Assembly (NCBI GenBank): GCA_038056395.1
Contig: JBBUFS010000006.1
Location: forward strand, 1 to 59,311
Direction: 5' to 3'
Origin: Patescibacteria group bacterium
GTDB lineage: Bacteria > Patescibacteriota > Minisyncoccia > Phycocordibacterales > WO2-35-19
Length of the DNA: 59,311 nucleotides
Made by a program: the position numbers and the translations under genes. The notes beneath the pieces are model-generated. The model did not search any database. It was not told the origin of the DNA and saw only the letters and a program-made list of their open reading frames with translations. Within the stretch, counting starts at the first letter, position 1, and every line of letters starts with the position of its first letter. Shown in pieces: positions 29,224-37,409 of this stretch.

Positions 29224-30279
29224 TTATATTTTGGAATACCTCGTCGTTCTACCTTGTCCAACCCTTTTCACCTTTTTAAGTCGCATCAAAACATCCAATG
29301 CTTGGGACACTGTAGGTCTTGTGACTTTCGTTGCTTTTGATATTTCTCCAGGAGTGGCTTCTGATACGGACTCAAGATATTTCCAGACAGCTAGTTGTTT
29401 TGGAGACAAGAGTATTTCAATATTTTCTTTGGATAACAAATCGACAGCTTGTTTAGCTTGCTCAAGCAAAATTTGTAGGAAAAATTCCAACCAAGGAGTA
29501 ATGTCCTCTTTTTCTTTTTTGATCGTCTTTTGGCTTCTTCGCAGGGCTACATAATAATCCGCTTTGTTATCCTCAATCAACTTTTCGTGAGATATATACG
29601 GCATATATGGATAGCCGCTCCTTAACATTAGGAGGTTAGTTAAGATACGAGAAATACGTCCATTGCCATCTTGAAATGGGTGGATATTTAGAAACTCAAC
29701 TAGAAAATTTCCAATAACAAGCAGCGGATGAATTTCCTTTTCAGCCAAAGTTTGTTGTGTCCATTCTGTTAACTCAAGCATTTCCTTTGGAGTCAAGAAC
29801 GCCGGAGTAGTGTCAAAAAGTATGCCGATTGAATTACCGGCCTCGTCAATCATATGAACTTTGTTTTCCACTTTTTTATATTCACCCCTGTGTGATTCGT
29901 CTTTTTTCACATATTTAAGAAGTTCTTTGTGGAAGTGCTTTATTGTACTTTCAGAAAATGGAATATTTTTCCATGCTTCAAACACATTATTTAGAAGTTC
30001 GTAATATCCTCTGACTTCTTGCTTATCTCTATCTGCAAATTTTTGCATTGTAAGACCTCTCATCATTTTTTCTATATCTTCATCTGAAAGTTTCGCACCT
30101 TCAATACGAGTAGAGGCGCCCGTGGAAGTGATGAGTGTGGATTTTTTCAGGCGTCCCAAAGCCTGCGGATTCAAATTTGCTCCGCCTACCCATCTGCCTT
30201 TTATCTCATCAATTTTATTTAAAAGCTCCCAAATTGACTGAGGCAAGTCCTTCAATCTTTTGTTAAATTTGTAATTCAT
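29224..30279 (-). CDS. Fic family protein (AMPylase-type fold) with a C-terminal winged-helix domain
   Basis: Fic motif HPFQDGNGRISR. The C-terminus ATPGEISKATKVTRPTVSQALDVLMRLKKVKR is HTH-like. Confidence 0.88.
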   Translation of the reverse strand: MNYKFNKRLKDLPQSIWELLNKIDEIKGRWVGGANLNPQALGRLKKSTLITSTGASTRIEGAKLSDEDIEKMMRGLTMQKFADRDKQEVRGYYELLNNVFEAWKNIPFSESTIKHFHKELLKYVKKDESHRGEYKKVENKVHMIDEAGNSIGILFDTTPAFLTPKEMLELTEWTQQTLAEKEIHPLLVIGNFLVEFLNIHPFQDGNGRISRILTNLLMLRSGYPYMPYISHEKLIEDNKADYYVALRRSQKTIKKEKEDITPWLEFFLQILLEQAKQAVDLLSKENIEILLSPKQLAVWKYLESVSEATPGEISKATKVTRPTVSQALDVLMRLKKVKRVGQGRTTRYSKI

Positions 30280-30366
30280 ATGGTTTGGTTAATCTAATAC
30301 TACGAATATATGAGATTATATTAGATTGTGATGATTAAAGCAAATGAGATTGTTTGTAATAAGTTA

Positions 30367-30460
30367 GACTTCGAAAATCCCCATATTTTAAGCCAGATGG
30401 TGCCGAGGCTATGTTGAGGGTTCAAATACTCACGCCTCCGCCTTTAGTTTTTAGTATCGG
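30367..30460 (+). pseudogene. Decayed partial copy of tRNA-Ser(CGA): anticodon loop to 3' end plus about 20 nt of downstream flank
   Basis: It shares, in the same order and similar spacing as 29108..29182, the segments ttcgaaaa, gttcaaat, ctcac, tccgc and tttagtatcgg. It has no 5' half and no foldable acceptor stem. Confidence 0.55.
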
Positions 30461-30481
30461 ACTATGCGGAGACATAGAGTA

Positions 30482-31240
30482 TTATTGTGTTTCCCTATAA
30501 AATTTTCGGTTTTCTTTGTTAAAATCTAAGCTAGTCTCTTGGTTGCGATATTTTAATTTCAAGACAGCATCTTGCCCCTGTTCAGACTTTTTTATGTCCA
30601 TGCTCATAACTTCACCATAGGTGGGTCCAATATCGGCTCCAACACCGGGACCATAGCCCTCTTGAAGTAAATCCATAAAAATTTCTTCATGTCCGACACA
30701 AATGAAATGCAGTTTTTTGCCTTCTGGCGGAGTGATATTTCTTGCTATTCTTTCTAGATATGCAACCACTCTTTCAACCCTTTTTTTAACTTCTTCTGGT
30801 GTTTCTGTGCCTTCTGGCAAATCAGATACTGTCCAATATTCCATCCATTTTCCGGAATCCATTTTCATTAGATTTTCTATAAACTCGGGGGTTACTTTTA
30901 CGCCAGTCAATGATTTGATGGTCTTTAAATCCCTTATAACTGGTATACCTTGTTCCTGAAAAACACCAAACAATACTTCTGCAGTCTGTTGGGCTCTTCG
31001 CTTAGGACTAACCCAAAAAACTACCAACTCTTTTTCTTTGTCGATTTTGCCAGCCAATTCTAATGCCCGATTCTTAACCTGCTCAATACCTTCTTCTGTT
31101 AAATTTCCTTCGACTATTGCCAGCCTCATTTCTTCATCGGTATATTCTGGTTTTCCGTGTCTAATAAAGTCAACTTTCATATCTGTTTCAAAGGGCACCT
31201 CTGTCTCAATTTTTTCAGGCGATGATTCTCTGAATTCCAT
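30482..31240 (-). CDS. Histidine phosphatase superfamily protein (phosphoglycerate-mutase-like branch)
   Basis: VDFIRHGKPEY (RHG catalytic motif) and a second catalytic His in FICVGHEEIF. Confidence 0.75.
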   Translation of the reverse strand: MEFRESSPEKIETEVPFETDMKVDFIRHGKPEYTDEEMRLAIVEGNLTEEGIEQVKNRALELAGKIDKEKELVVFWVSPKRRAQQTAEVLFGVFQEQGIPVIRDLKTIKSLTGVKVTPEFIENLMKMDSGKWMEYWTVSDLPEGTETPEEVKKRVERVVAYLERIARNITPPEGKKLHFICVGHEEIFMDLLQEGYGPGVGADIGPTYGEVMSMDIKKSEQGQDAVLKLKYRNQETSLDFNKENRKFYRETQ

Positions 31241-31244
31241 AAAT

Positions 31245-32324
31245 TTATTTTGTTTTTAAAATTTTAATAAATCCTTTATCGGCGTCTACTTCTACCATAT
31301 CGCCGGTTTTTAAAATTTGAGTGGCAATTTTGGTTGCAATAACGCAAGGAATTTTTAATTCTCTTGAAATTATAGCTGCATGACTTGTGATACCCCCTTC
31401 GTCAGTTATTATGGCCGCTGCTTTTTTGCAGGCCAAAATGGTGTCGGGTCTTGTCATTTCTGTGACTAAAATTTCGCCCTTCTTAAAATCTTCTACCTCT
31501 TTTATTATATTCCTTTTATTGTGCAAAATTACTCTGACTTTACCCTTGGCTTTTCCTGTCATCGCAATCCTACCCTCAAGGTGATCTGCTTTAGGTTTCG
31601 TCAAAATAATTTTCTTATAAAGATCTTTAAATTCTGTTCCAACTAGCAGTATTTTTCTATTTTTAAGGCATACCAAAGCGTATCCTTTTTTCCTCCTCTC
31701 AATTTTATCGGATTTTACCTTTTTGCCTTTAAAAAGATTTATTAATTCCTCGAAGGTATAAAAGAATAAATCTGCTACTTTTAATTTAAATCTTTTTGCT
31801 GCTTCTTTCAAAAATACCCCAAACAAGTTGTAGAAAAGCAGTTCACCGTCCTTTCTTAAAGCGAATCGCATTTCTCCAAGTTCTTTGATTAATTCTTTAA
31901 ATCTCTCTTCCTCGGCCTCTATTTTAGATAAAGCAATGGGCTCTGTTTTGCTATAGGTATTGCTGTAATCATCCAAAAAACTTATCAGTTCAAAAACCCT
32001 CTTTTCCAATTCTTTATCCGTCAATTTGTGGACTTTCAATCTGGCATGTGCATTTACTATCTGTTTGATTGAGTCCCTGATTTCATCAACTCGTTTTTTG
32101 TAACTTGCTGCTTTTAGTTTGTCGAAAAAAAATTTGTACTCTCTGTCACTTAATTTTGTTTCGATGTCGTCCAGATGATAAACATGAATAATATTATTTT
32201 TGTAAAGAACCAATGCTCCTTCTTTAACAATATTATGTTTGGAGTCTGTAAGCCAAAAGAGAGGTAATCTTAGCTCTCTGGCCCAAAAATCTATCTTCTT
32301 GAAGTATTTAGTTTTTATATCCAT
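31245..32324 (-). CDS. Protein with a unique helical N-domain and a C-terminal PEP-utiliser phosphohistidine swivel domain (paralog C)
   Basis: C-terminus GKVRVILHNKRN...GEILVTEMTRPDTILACKKAAAIITDEGGITSHAAIISRELKIPCVIATK...VEVDADKGFIKI, with the catalytic His in TSHAAI. Confidence 0.8.
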   Translation of the reverse strand: MDIKTKYFKKIDFWARELRLPLFWLTDSKHNIVKEGALVLYKNNIIHVYHLDDIETKLSDREYKFFFDKLKAASYKKRVDEIRDSIKQIVNAHARLKVHKLTDKELEKRVFELISFLDDYSNTYSKTEPIALSKIEAEEERFKELIKELGEMRFALRKDGELLFYNLFGVFLKEAAKRFKLKVADLFFYTFEELINLFKGKKVKSDKIERRKKGYALVCLKNRKILLVGTEFKDLYKKIILTKPKADHLEGRIAMTGKAKGKVRVILHNKRNIIKEVEDFKKGEILVTEMTRPDTILACKKAAAIITDEGGITSHAAIISRELKIPCVIATKIATQILKTGDMVEVDADKGFIKILKTK

Positions 32325-32333
32325 GAAAAATTA

Positions 32334-33782
32334 TTAGCTCTTTATTTTTTTAATGATTCCATTATCTGCGTCCACTTCTACCAAATCACCAGTTTTTAAA
32401 ACCTTTGTGGCAATTTTTGTAGCTATCACGCAAGGTTTGCCAAGTTCGCGAGAAATTATGGCAGCATGACAAAGTAGCCCACCTTCATCTGTTACAATTG
32501 CTCCGGCCTTTTTCATTGCAGGAACATAGTCTGGAGTAGTCATTCCAGTAACTAAAATATCTCCGTCCTCTACAATATGTGAATCTTGGGCCGTTGGACA
32601 AATTTTAACCTTGCCACGCACTTTTCCGGGGGAAGCAGATTTACCAATAATCTCTTTTACATTTTCTTCTATGCCGATCTTCTCCTCTTGTTTAAGAGAG
32701 TCAATTATTGCTGTCGCTTTATCTCCGAATATCACTTCTACTTTACCATCTAAAATATATAAAATATTGGCCTTTTTCCTTTCCAGAATTTCTTTTTCAG
32801 AAACGACAGATTTTCTAGCTTTCAAAGATTTTGAGATTTCAGAGATAGTAAGATAAACCCAATCTTCATATTTGACTCCTATGGTTTTTGCTATTTCTTT
32901 ATACCAAGGAATACCGCTAGCAAACGTCTTCATAGAATCCTCAACGCTCCAAGTCAGAAGCCAACCAAGGTATCGGGCATCTTTTATGCTCTCATTCAAT
33001 TCATTGTCAGAAGTGAATATTTTTTCTAATTCATCAACCAATTCCTTATCCTTACCTTTTCTTTCTTGTTGTAGTCTATAGGTCTCGTCAGACTTTTCCT
33101 TTATGGCCGCATCTATCTTATCCTCCAACTCTTTTTCATTCAGGGGTTCAACTGGGACCAAAACAAAGGTCTTCATCCATCCGAAATTTTCCAAATACTC
33201 ACTGATGTTTATTTTCTTTCCGGATTTGGTCTGTTCAACCAATTTATAAAACAACTTTTGCTCCTCCTGAAACCCCATCTTTTTGTTTGGAAACAATAGG
33301 ATCATGGTAGCATTGTTCAAATCAGTAATTTTCTCGATCCGTTCCTTATATTTTTCTAGACCTCTTACTACTTTGTCAGAAATAAAATTAAACTCAGTTA
33401 TATACCATGGGATATAGTACCAGGGCACAAGATTTAAAAATTTTTCTACAAAAACATCCCAACTTCTTGAACCAGAAGTCATGAAAGAGTCGAACTCATC
33501 GATAGTATTTTTTGTGCCTTTGAAAATATACTGCAGATATTCCGGATCTTTTTCTAACCTGTCTTTGAATTTTTCAATGATTGCTTCTCTTTGTCCTTTT
33601 TTGTAGTACCCCTTGCTTTCCGAAGTCATCAAATAATCAAACCCTTTTATATTCAGACCAATTTCTTTTGGATAATTAAAACAAAGGGCTTCACACCAAA
33701 AATCTGCCATGAGCAATGGGTGTCCTCCTCTTTGCTGAAACTCATACTGCCAATCTTTTGAATTTATATTTTGGCTATTCAT
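32334..33782 (-). CDS. Protein with a larger unique N-domain and a C-terminal PEP-utiliser phosphohistidine swivel domain (paralog B)
   Basis: C-terminus GKVRGKVKICPT...GDILVTGMTTPDYVPAMKKAGAIVTDEGGLLCHAAIISRELGKPCVIATK...VEVDADNGIIKKI. Confidence 0.8.
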   Translation of the reverse strand: MNSQNINSKDWQYEFQQRGGHPLLMADFWCEALCFNYPKEIGLNIKGFDYLMTSESKGYYKKGQREAIIEKFKDRLEKDPEYLQYIFKGTKNTIDEFDSFMTSGSRSWDVFVEKFLNLVPWYYIPWYITEFNFISDKVVRGLEKYKERIEKITDLNNATMILLFPNKKMGFQEEQKLFYKLVEQTKSGKKINISEYLENFGWMKTFVLVPVEPLNEKELEDKIDAAIKEKSDETYRLQQERKGKDKELVDELEKIFTSDNELNESIKDARYLGWLLTWSVEDSMKTFASGIPWYKEIAKTIGVKYEDWVYLTISEISKSLKARKSVVSEKEILERKKANILYILDGKVEVIFGDKATAIIDSLKQEEKIGIEENVKEIIGKSASPGKVRGKVKICPTAQDSHIVEDGDILVTGMTTPDYVPAMKKAGAIVTDEGGLLCHAAIISRELGKPCVIATKIATKVLKTGDLVEVDADNGIIKKIKS

Positions 33783-34836
33783 TTTTCAAAATTTTTACAA
33801 CTCCATTATTTGCATCAACCTCGATCATATCTCCATCCTTCAAAATTTCCGTTGCGTTTCCAGTGCCTATAATGCAAGGTATATTTAACTCTCGACTAAC
33901 AATAGCTGCGTGGGAAAGCAAGCCGCCCTGGTTAGTGATGATTGCACCGGCTTTTGAACATGCAGGCATAAGTTCCGGCGACGTCGTTTCTGCTACCAAA
34001 ATATCACCTTTGCCCATTTCCTCAAACAATTTTTTGAGGATGGAAAAATCAGCATAATAATTCTGGGGAATGACTTTGACCTTTCCCCGAATAATTCCTT
34101 TATTTGCTATAGTTCCTCGGATTTCTTTTTTATCTTCAAATAAGAAAAATTTATCAAATTCTTCCGTATCGGAGTAAATGTATCTAAGCTCTTTGCCGTC
34201 GCTAAGCATGGCAAAAAACTTTTTCCTATTTGTTATTTCTTTATCACCCAATTCCATCATCTCTGATATTTCCTCTATGCCATACCACTTCAAATCCTCC
34301 TTTGAAATTCTTGTCTCTGTAGAAATTAAAGCGAGTAACCTGTTTAAATAGCAATTTTCAGTAAAAATAAGGGAATTCATAAAAGATCTTCCCTCATTTT
34401 TTATTTGCTCAAGCTCTTTAAGATTGTTTTTCAGTTGGGTATCTCCGGTTTCAATCAACTTGGCAGCCGCTTTATCAGTATAAAAGAACTCTGTTTTGGA
34501 ATAGAATTTCCAGACCCCAGATATTGCCAATAAAAATTCCTTTATGTTCTCCGGCGTTAATTCGTCAGAAAGTGTTTTCTCAAGCTTTTTGGGGGTCAAG
34601 CCTCTATAATTTTCAAATTCTGTTTTGAATTCATTGAATTTATTTGTGTCACCGTAGAGCCCCAGCCCCTCATCCAGAGTTTTTTCCCTAATTTCAACGG
34701 GAATATAGCTCTTCCAGAGCTTGTCTTTGAGGACAAGCAGGCAATGCAGATTTTTATAGTGCTGAGCGAATAAATCTGATATCAGATGGTTTGTTTCTAT
34801 TTGAAAAAGCAATTGGTAATCTTTTGGCTGAATCAT
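33775..34836 (-). CDS. Protein with a unique N-domain and a C-terminal PEP-utiliser phosphohistidine swivel domain (paralog A)
   Basis: C-terminus GIIRGKVKVIPQ...GDILVAETTSPELMPACSKAGAIITNQGGLLSHAAIVSRELNIPCIIGTG...IEVDANNGVVKIL. Its ATG overlaps the upstream stop (ATGA). Confidence 0.8.
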   Translation of the reverse strand: MIQPKDYQLLFQIETNHLISDLFAQHYKNLHCLLVLKDKLWKSYIPVEIREKTLDEGLGLYGDTNKFNEFKTEFENYRGLTPKKLEKTLSDELTPENIKEFLLAISGVWKFYSKTEFFYTDKAAAKLIETGDTQLKNNLKELEQIKNEGRSFMNSLIFTENCYLNRLLALISTETRISKEDLKWYGIEEISEMMELGDKEITNRKKFFAMLSDGKELRYIYSDTEEFDKFFLFEDKKEIRGTIANKGIIRGKVKVIPQNYYADFSILKKLFEEMGKGDILVAETTSPELMPACSKAGAIITNQGGLLSHAAIVSRELNIPCIIGTGNATEILKDGDMIEVDANNGVVKILKNE

Positions 34837-35018
34837 TTTTTTAATAATGTAGTAATTGGTCTGCTTTGGACAATGTAGAATTTTCCATTTTCAAATGCCC
34901 ATTCTATGTCGCAAGGAAAGCCGTAATGATTTTCAATTTCTATTACCAGTTCGGCCAATTCTAAAATTTGTTTTTCGTTTAAAACTTGGGAAGAGGCTTT
35001 GGGTTCTGTGATATTTTT
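34833..35018 (-). CDS. In-frame continuation of the PPDK_N ATP-grasp gene beyond the internal TGA (61 codons). It encodes the conserved C-terminal end of the domain.
   Basis: My own reverse-strand translation directly after TGA 35021..35019 gives KNITEPKASSQVLNEKQILELAELVIEIENHYGFPCDIEWAFENGKFYIVQSRPITTLLKK*. The xxDIEWAxxxGKxYIxQSRPIT block is the canonical end of the PPDK_N domain. Confidence 0.7.
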   Translation of the reverse strand, partial: KNITEPKASSQVLNEKQILELAELVIEIENHYGFPCDIEWAFENGKFYIVQSRPITTLLKK

Positions 35019-35783
35019 TCATTCGTTGCCTCCATTTTGATTTCTAAACAATCCTTTTGTTTGTGTGCTTATATTTATATCAATTATTTTTTTTGAATCT
35101 TTTTCAGCCACATAGCTATCAGGTGTAATTGAACCAGAAACAATAGCCTCTCCTAAACCAAACCCAGCTTCGATAATGAGCTGATTAGGATCTTCGGTAA
35201 TTGGGTGGACAGAAAAAGCAATGCCAGACACTTCCGATTGAACCATTTTTTGAACCACAACTGCCACGGATATTTCAGTACCATAGAGACTTTTTTCAAA
35301 ACGATAAAATATGGCTCGTGGAGTAAAAAGGGAAGACCAACATTTTTTTACATTTTCCAGCAAATTTGTTTCTGTAGTATTTAAGAAACTTTCTAATTGT
35401 CCTGCCCAAGCATGCTCGGAGCCATCTTCGGCAGTAGCTGAGGAACGAACAGCCACAAATTTTGAATCCAATTTTTCAAATTCTTTGTTTATCTCCTCTG
35501 CAATATCTTTAGGAATTTCTTTGCTTTCTACCAATCCTCTAATTTTCTCAGAAGCGTCTTCTACTGTATGTATAGAATTATGATCTACTGTTTTTAAAAT
35601 AGCATCAATTTCTTGAGTTAAATCCGTCTCATGTAAAAATTGGTCAAAAGCGGCCGACAATACAACAAAACCAGGCGGAACAGGTATACCTGCCTGTGTC
35701 ATTTCACCCAAAGAAGCACCTTTACCACCAGCTAAAACCGAGTCTTTTTTGGATATTTTCTTAAAATTTCGAGTTATTTCCAT
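35019..35783 (-). CDS. PEP/pyruvate-binding (PPDK_N) ATP-grasp domain protein with no swivel or TIM-barrel domain; the reading frame is closed by a single in-frame TGA
   Basis: LAGGKGASLGEMTQAGIPVPPGFVV, FVAVRSSATAEDGSEHAWAGQ, VAVVVQKMV, IIEAGFGLGEAIVSG. These are typical of the N-terminal nucleotide-binding domain of PEP synthase and rifampin phosphotransferase. Confidence 0.85.
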   Translation of the reverse strand: MEITRNFKKISKKDSVLAGGKGASLGEMTQAGIPVPPGFVVLSAAFDQFLHETDLTQEIDAILKTVDHNSIHTVEDASEKIRGLVESKEIPKDIAEEINKEFEKLDSKFVAVRSSATAEDGSEHAWAGQLESFLNTTETNLLENVKKCWSSLFTPRAIFYRFEKSLYGTEISVAVVVQKMVQSEVSGIAFSVHPITEDPNQLIIEAGFGLGEAIVSGSITPDSYVAEKDSKKIIDINISTQTKGLFRNQNGGNE

Positions 35784-36007
35784 ACATTCAGTTTAATCCA
35801 AATTTGGACAAAAATAAAGCTCAATTTTCGACCTCAATTACACCCTTGGTAATTTTTAATCTTGATTTAAAACAACCCATAATTTCTCGTTTCTCTTCGT
35901 TAGTACCTTCTTTCAGAATATATTTGGCGTAAACTTTAGGGCTAGTATCTTCGTGTTTAACTTTAGAACAGACCTATGCCGAGGCCTCGGCAGAGCGCTG
36001 GAAAATC

Positions 36008-36068
36008 TGCTAAAATACCCTTACAAGGATTCAACCCTAAAGTTTGAAACGCCAAGACACCGCATTTA
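36008..36068 (+). repeat. 61-nt module R1 (TGCTAAAATAC, 42 nt, CGCATTTA)
   Basis: It has the same terminal 11-mer and 8-mer at identical 42-nt spacing as 36770..36840. Confidence 0.6.
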
Positions 36069-36188
36069 GACTTTTTTATCGGAAGACCCGAAGGTCTTTA
36101 ATTAGATGTAGAATCAAATCTAAATTCGTAACGTAAATAATTATGAACTTAGATTTGGGCGGATGTAAAAAGACATCCGCCAACCAGA

Positions 36189-36698
36189 TTAAAGACCCAT
36201 CTCAAACTCATAGATTCTGCCAAGAGCAACTTCAAGAGAAGTCGCTGCTTCTTTAGCAATAATCCCCGCCTTAATAAATCTTTCGGGGATAATGATAGAT
36301 CCAAATCGCTCGGCAATATACTCAGGGTCTCTTTCGTTAGGCGTTTTTTCCTGCATTACTGGATTAATATGAAGTTCGAGTTCATATTGATCTGGATTCC
36401 AGAGCTGAACTGCACTTTGTTGTCGCACATGTTTGAGTGCTATTTTAAAGGCCAAAAAATCCTCGTCAGACATGGATTTGGCGGCGGCGTGGGCGTTGTC
36501 CACAAAAGGGTCAAGTTCCTGAAGTCCTCGCAACAAGTCTTCTTTTGAACAGACTTTGTCTAAGAAACCAACGTAGTGAGAAAGCTCGAAATCATGATCT
36601 GGCACAGGACCGAAGAGATCCCGACTTAGTTCAAGGCCGTCGTATGACAACTTAGCGAGCCGACGAAGAATGTCCCTCTTTCTTCTTTTGTTTGACAT
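36189..36698 (-). CDS. Hypothetical protein (169 aa), more GC-rich than its neighbours
   Basis: ATG 36698 is preceded by GGAGGTGTATT (strong SD). MSNKRRKRDILRRLAKLSYDG...; I recognise no motif. Confidence 0.5.
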   Translation of the reverse strand: MSNKRRKRDILRRLAKLSYDGLELSRDLFGPVPDHDFELSHYVGFLDKVCSKEDLLRGLQELDPFVDNAHAAAKSMSDEDFLAFKIALKHVRQQSAVQLWNPDQYELELHINPVMQEKTPNERDPEYIAERFGSIIIPERFIKAGIIAKEAATSLEVALGRIYEFEMGL

Positions 36699-36769
36699 AA
36701 TACACCTCCGCATAGTTTTATATCATATCCAAATGTTTGTGTCTAGACCCGAGAGCTTCTGCAGAAGCA

Positions 36770-36840
36770 AGCCAAGCGTGCTAAAATACGCTTATGATTA
36801 CTAATCTTATGGGTACTTAACCCGAGACGCCCGCATTTAA
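36770..36840 (+). repeat. 61-nt module R2 (TGCTAAAATAC, 42 nt, CGCATTTA) plus flank
   Basis: See R1. Together they bracket the orphan gene 36189..36698. Confidence 0.6.
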
Positions 36841-37337
36841 GCTACTAATTTAGAAATTGCCACGAAGAAAAGAATCACAACTATCTGTAAAAAAATTCCT
36901 AAAACCGGTCGGCTATTTAATTTTTCTTTCCCATGAATCCAAATATGAAATCGCTGCAAACTTTTTATCGGTTCGTATCTCCATTTTAAATAAACAAACT
37001 GCAAGGCATCGGGAGTCAAAGCGCCAATAGCGCCCCAAAGCGGCATCCAAATCAGATGTGAATTTGAAAAACCGAATAAAAACAAAGATATTATAATGCC
37101 AAGAGCGGCATCAGCGCCCATCTTAAACAGGTCAAAAATAAAATTTTTGTTGAAAGCTATATCGTTGTTCATCGGGTTATCGGGGTCTTTTTTGACAGAA
37201 GCCAGAAAGTAATCCCAGTGCGGAATGGCATCCAGCAAAAAATGGCTGACAAAACCGGCCGTAAAACCCAGGACCGGATGGCTCGGCAAAATATTGGCTA
37301 TAGATGCTCCGACTATCGCGTGAGTGGTGAGCGTCAT
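36837..37337 (-). CDS. YdjM/DUF457-like membrane-bound metal-dependent hydrolase
   Basis: MTLTTHAIVGASIANIL...GFVSHFLLDAIPHWDY, plus further TM helices. Confidence 0.65.
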   Translation of the reverse strand: MTLTTHAIVGASIANILPSHPVLGFTAGFVSHFLLDAIPHWDYFLASVKKDPDNPMNNDIAFNKNFIFDLFKMGADAALGIIISLFLFGFSNSHLIWMPLWGAIGALTPDALQFVYLKWRYEPIKSLQRFHIWIHGKEKLNSRPVLGIFLQIVVILFFVAISKLVA

Positions 37338-37409
37338 AGGAATCAGTTTAATCAAAATTCGGCAAAAAGAAAAGTTTTTAATTTTGAAATTTCATGCTAA
37401 AATGTCTGT

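Noticed and set aside
35019-35021. Genome-wide reassignment of UGA (code 4 or 25) as the explanation for the in-frame TGA
   Set aside because: Several well-supported genes terminate at TGA at the expected protein ends, and a release factor 2 gene with an SPF motif is present.
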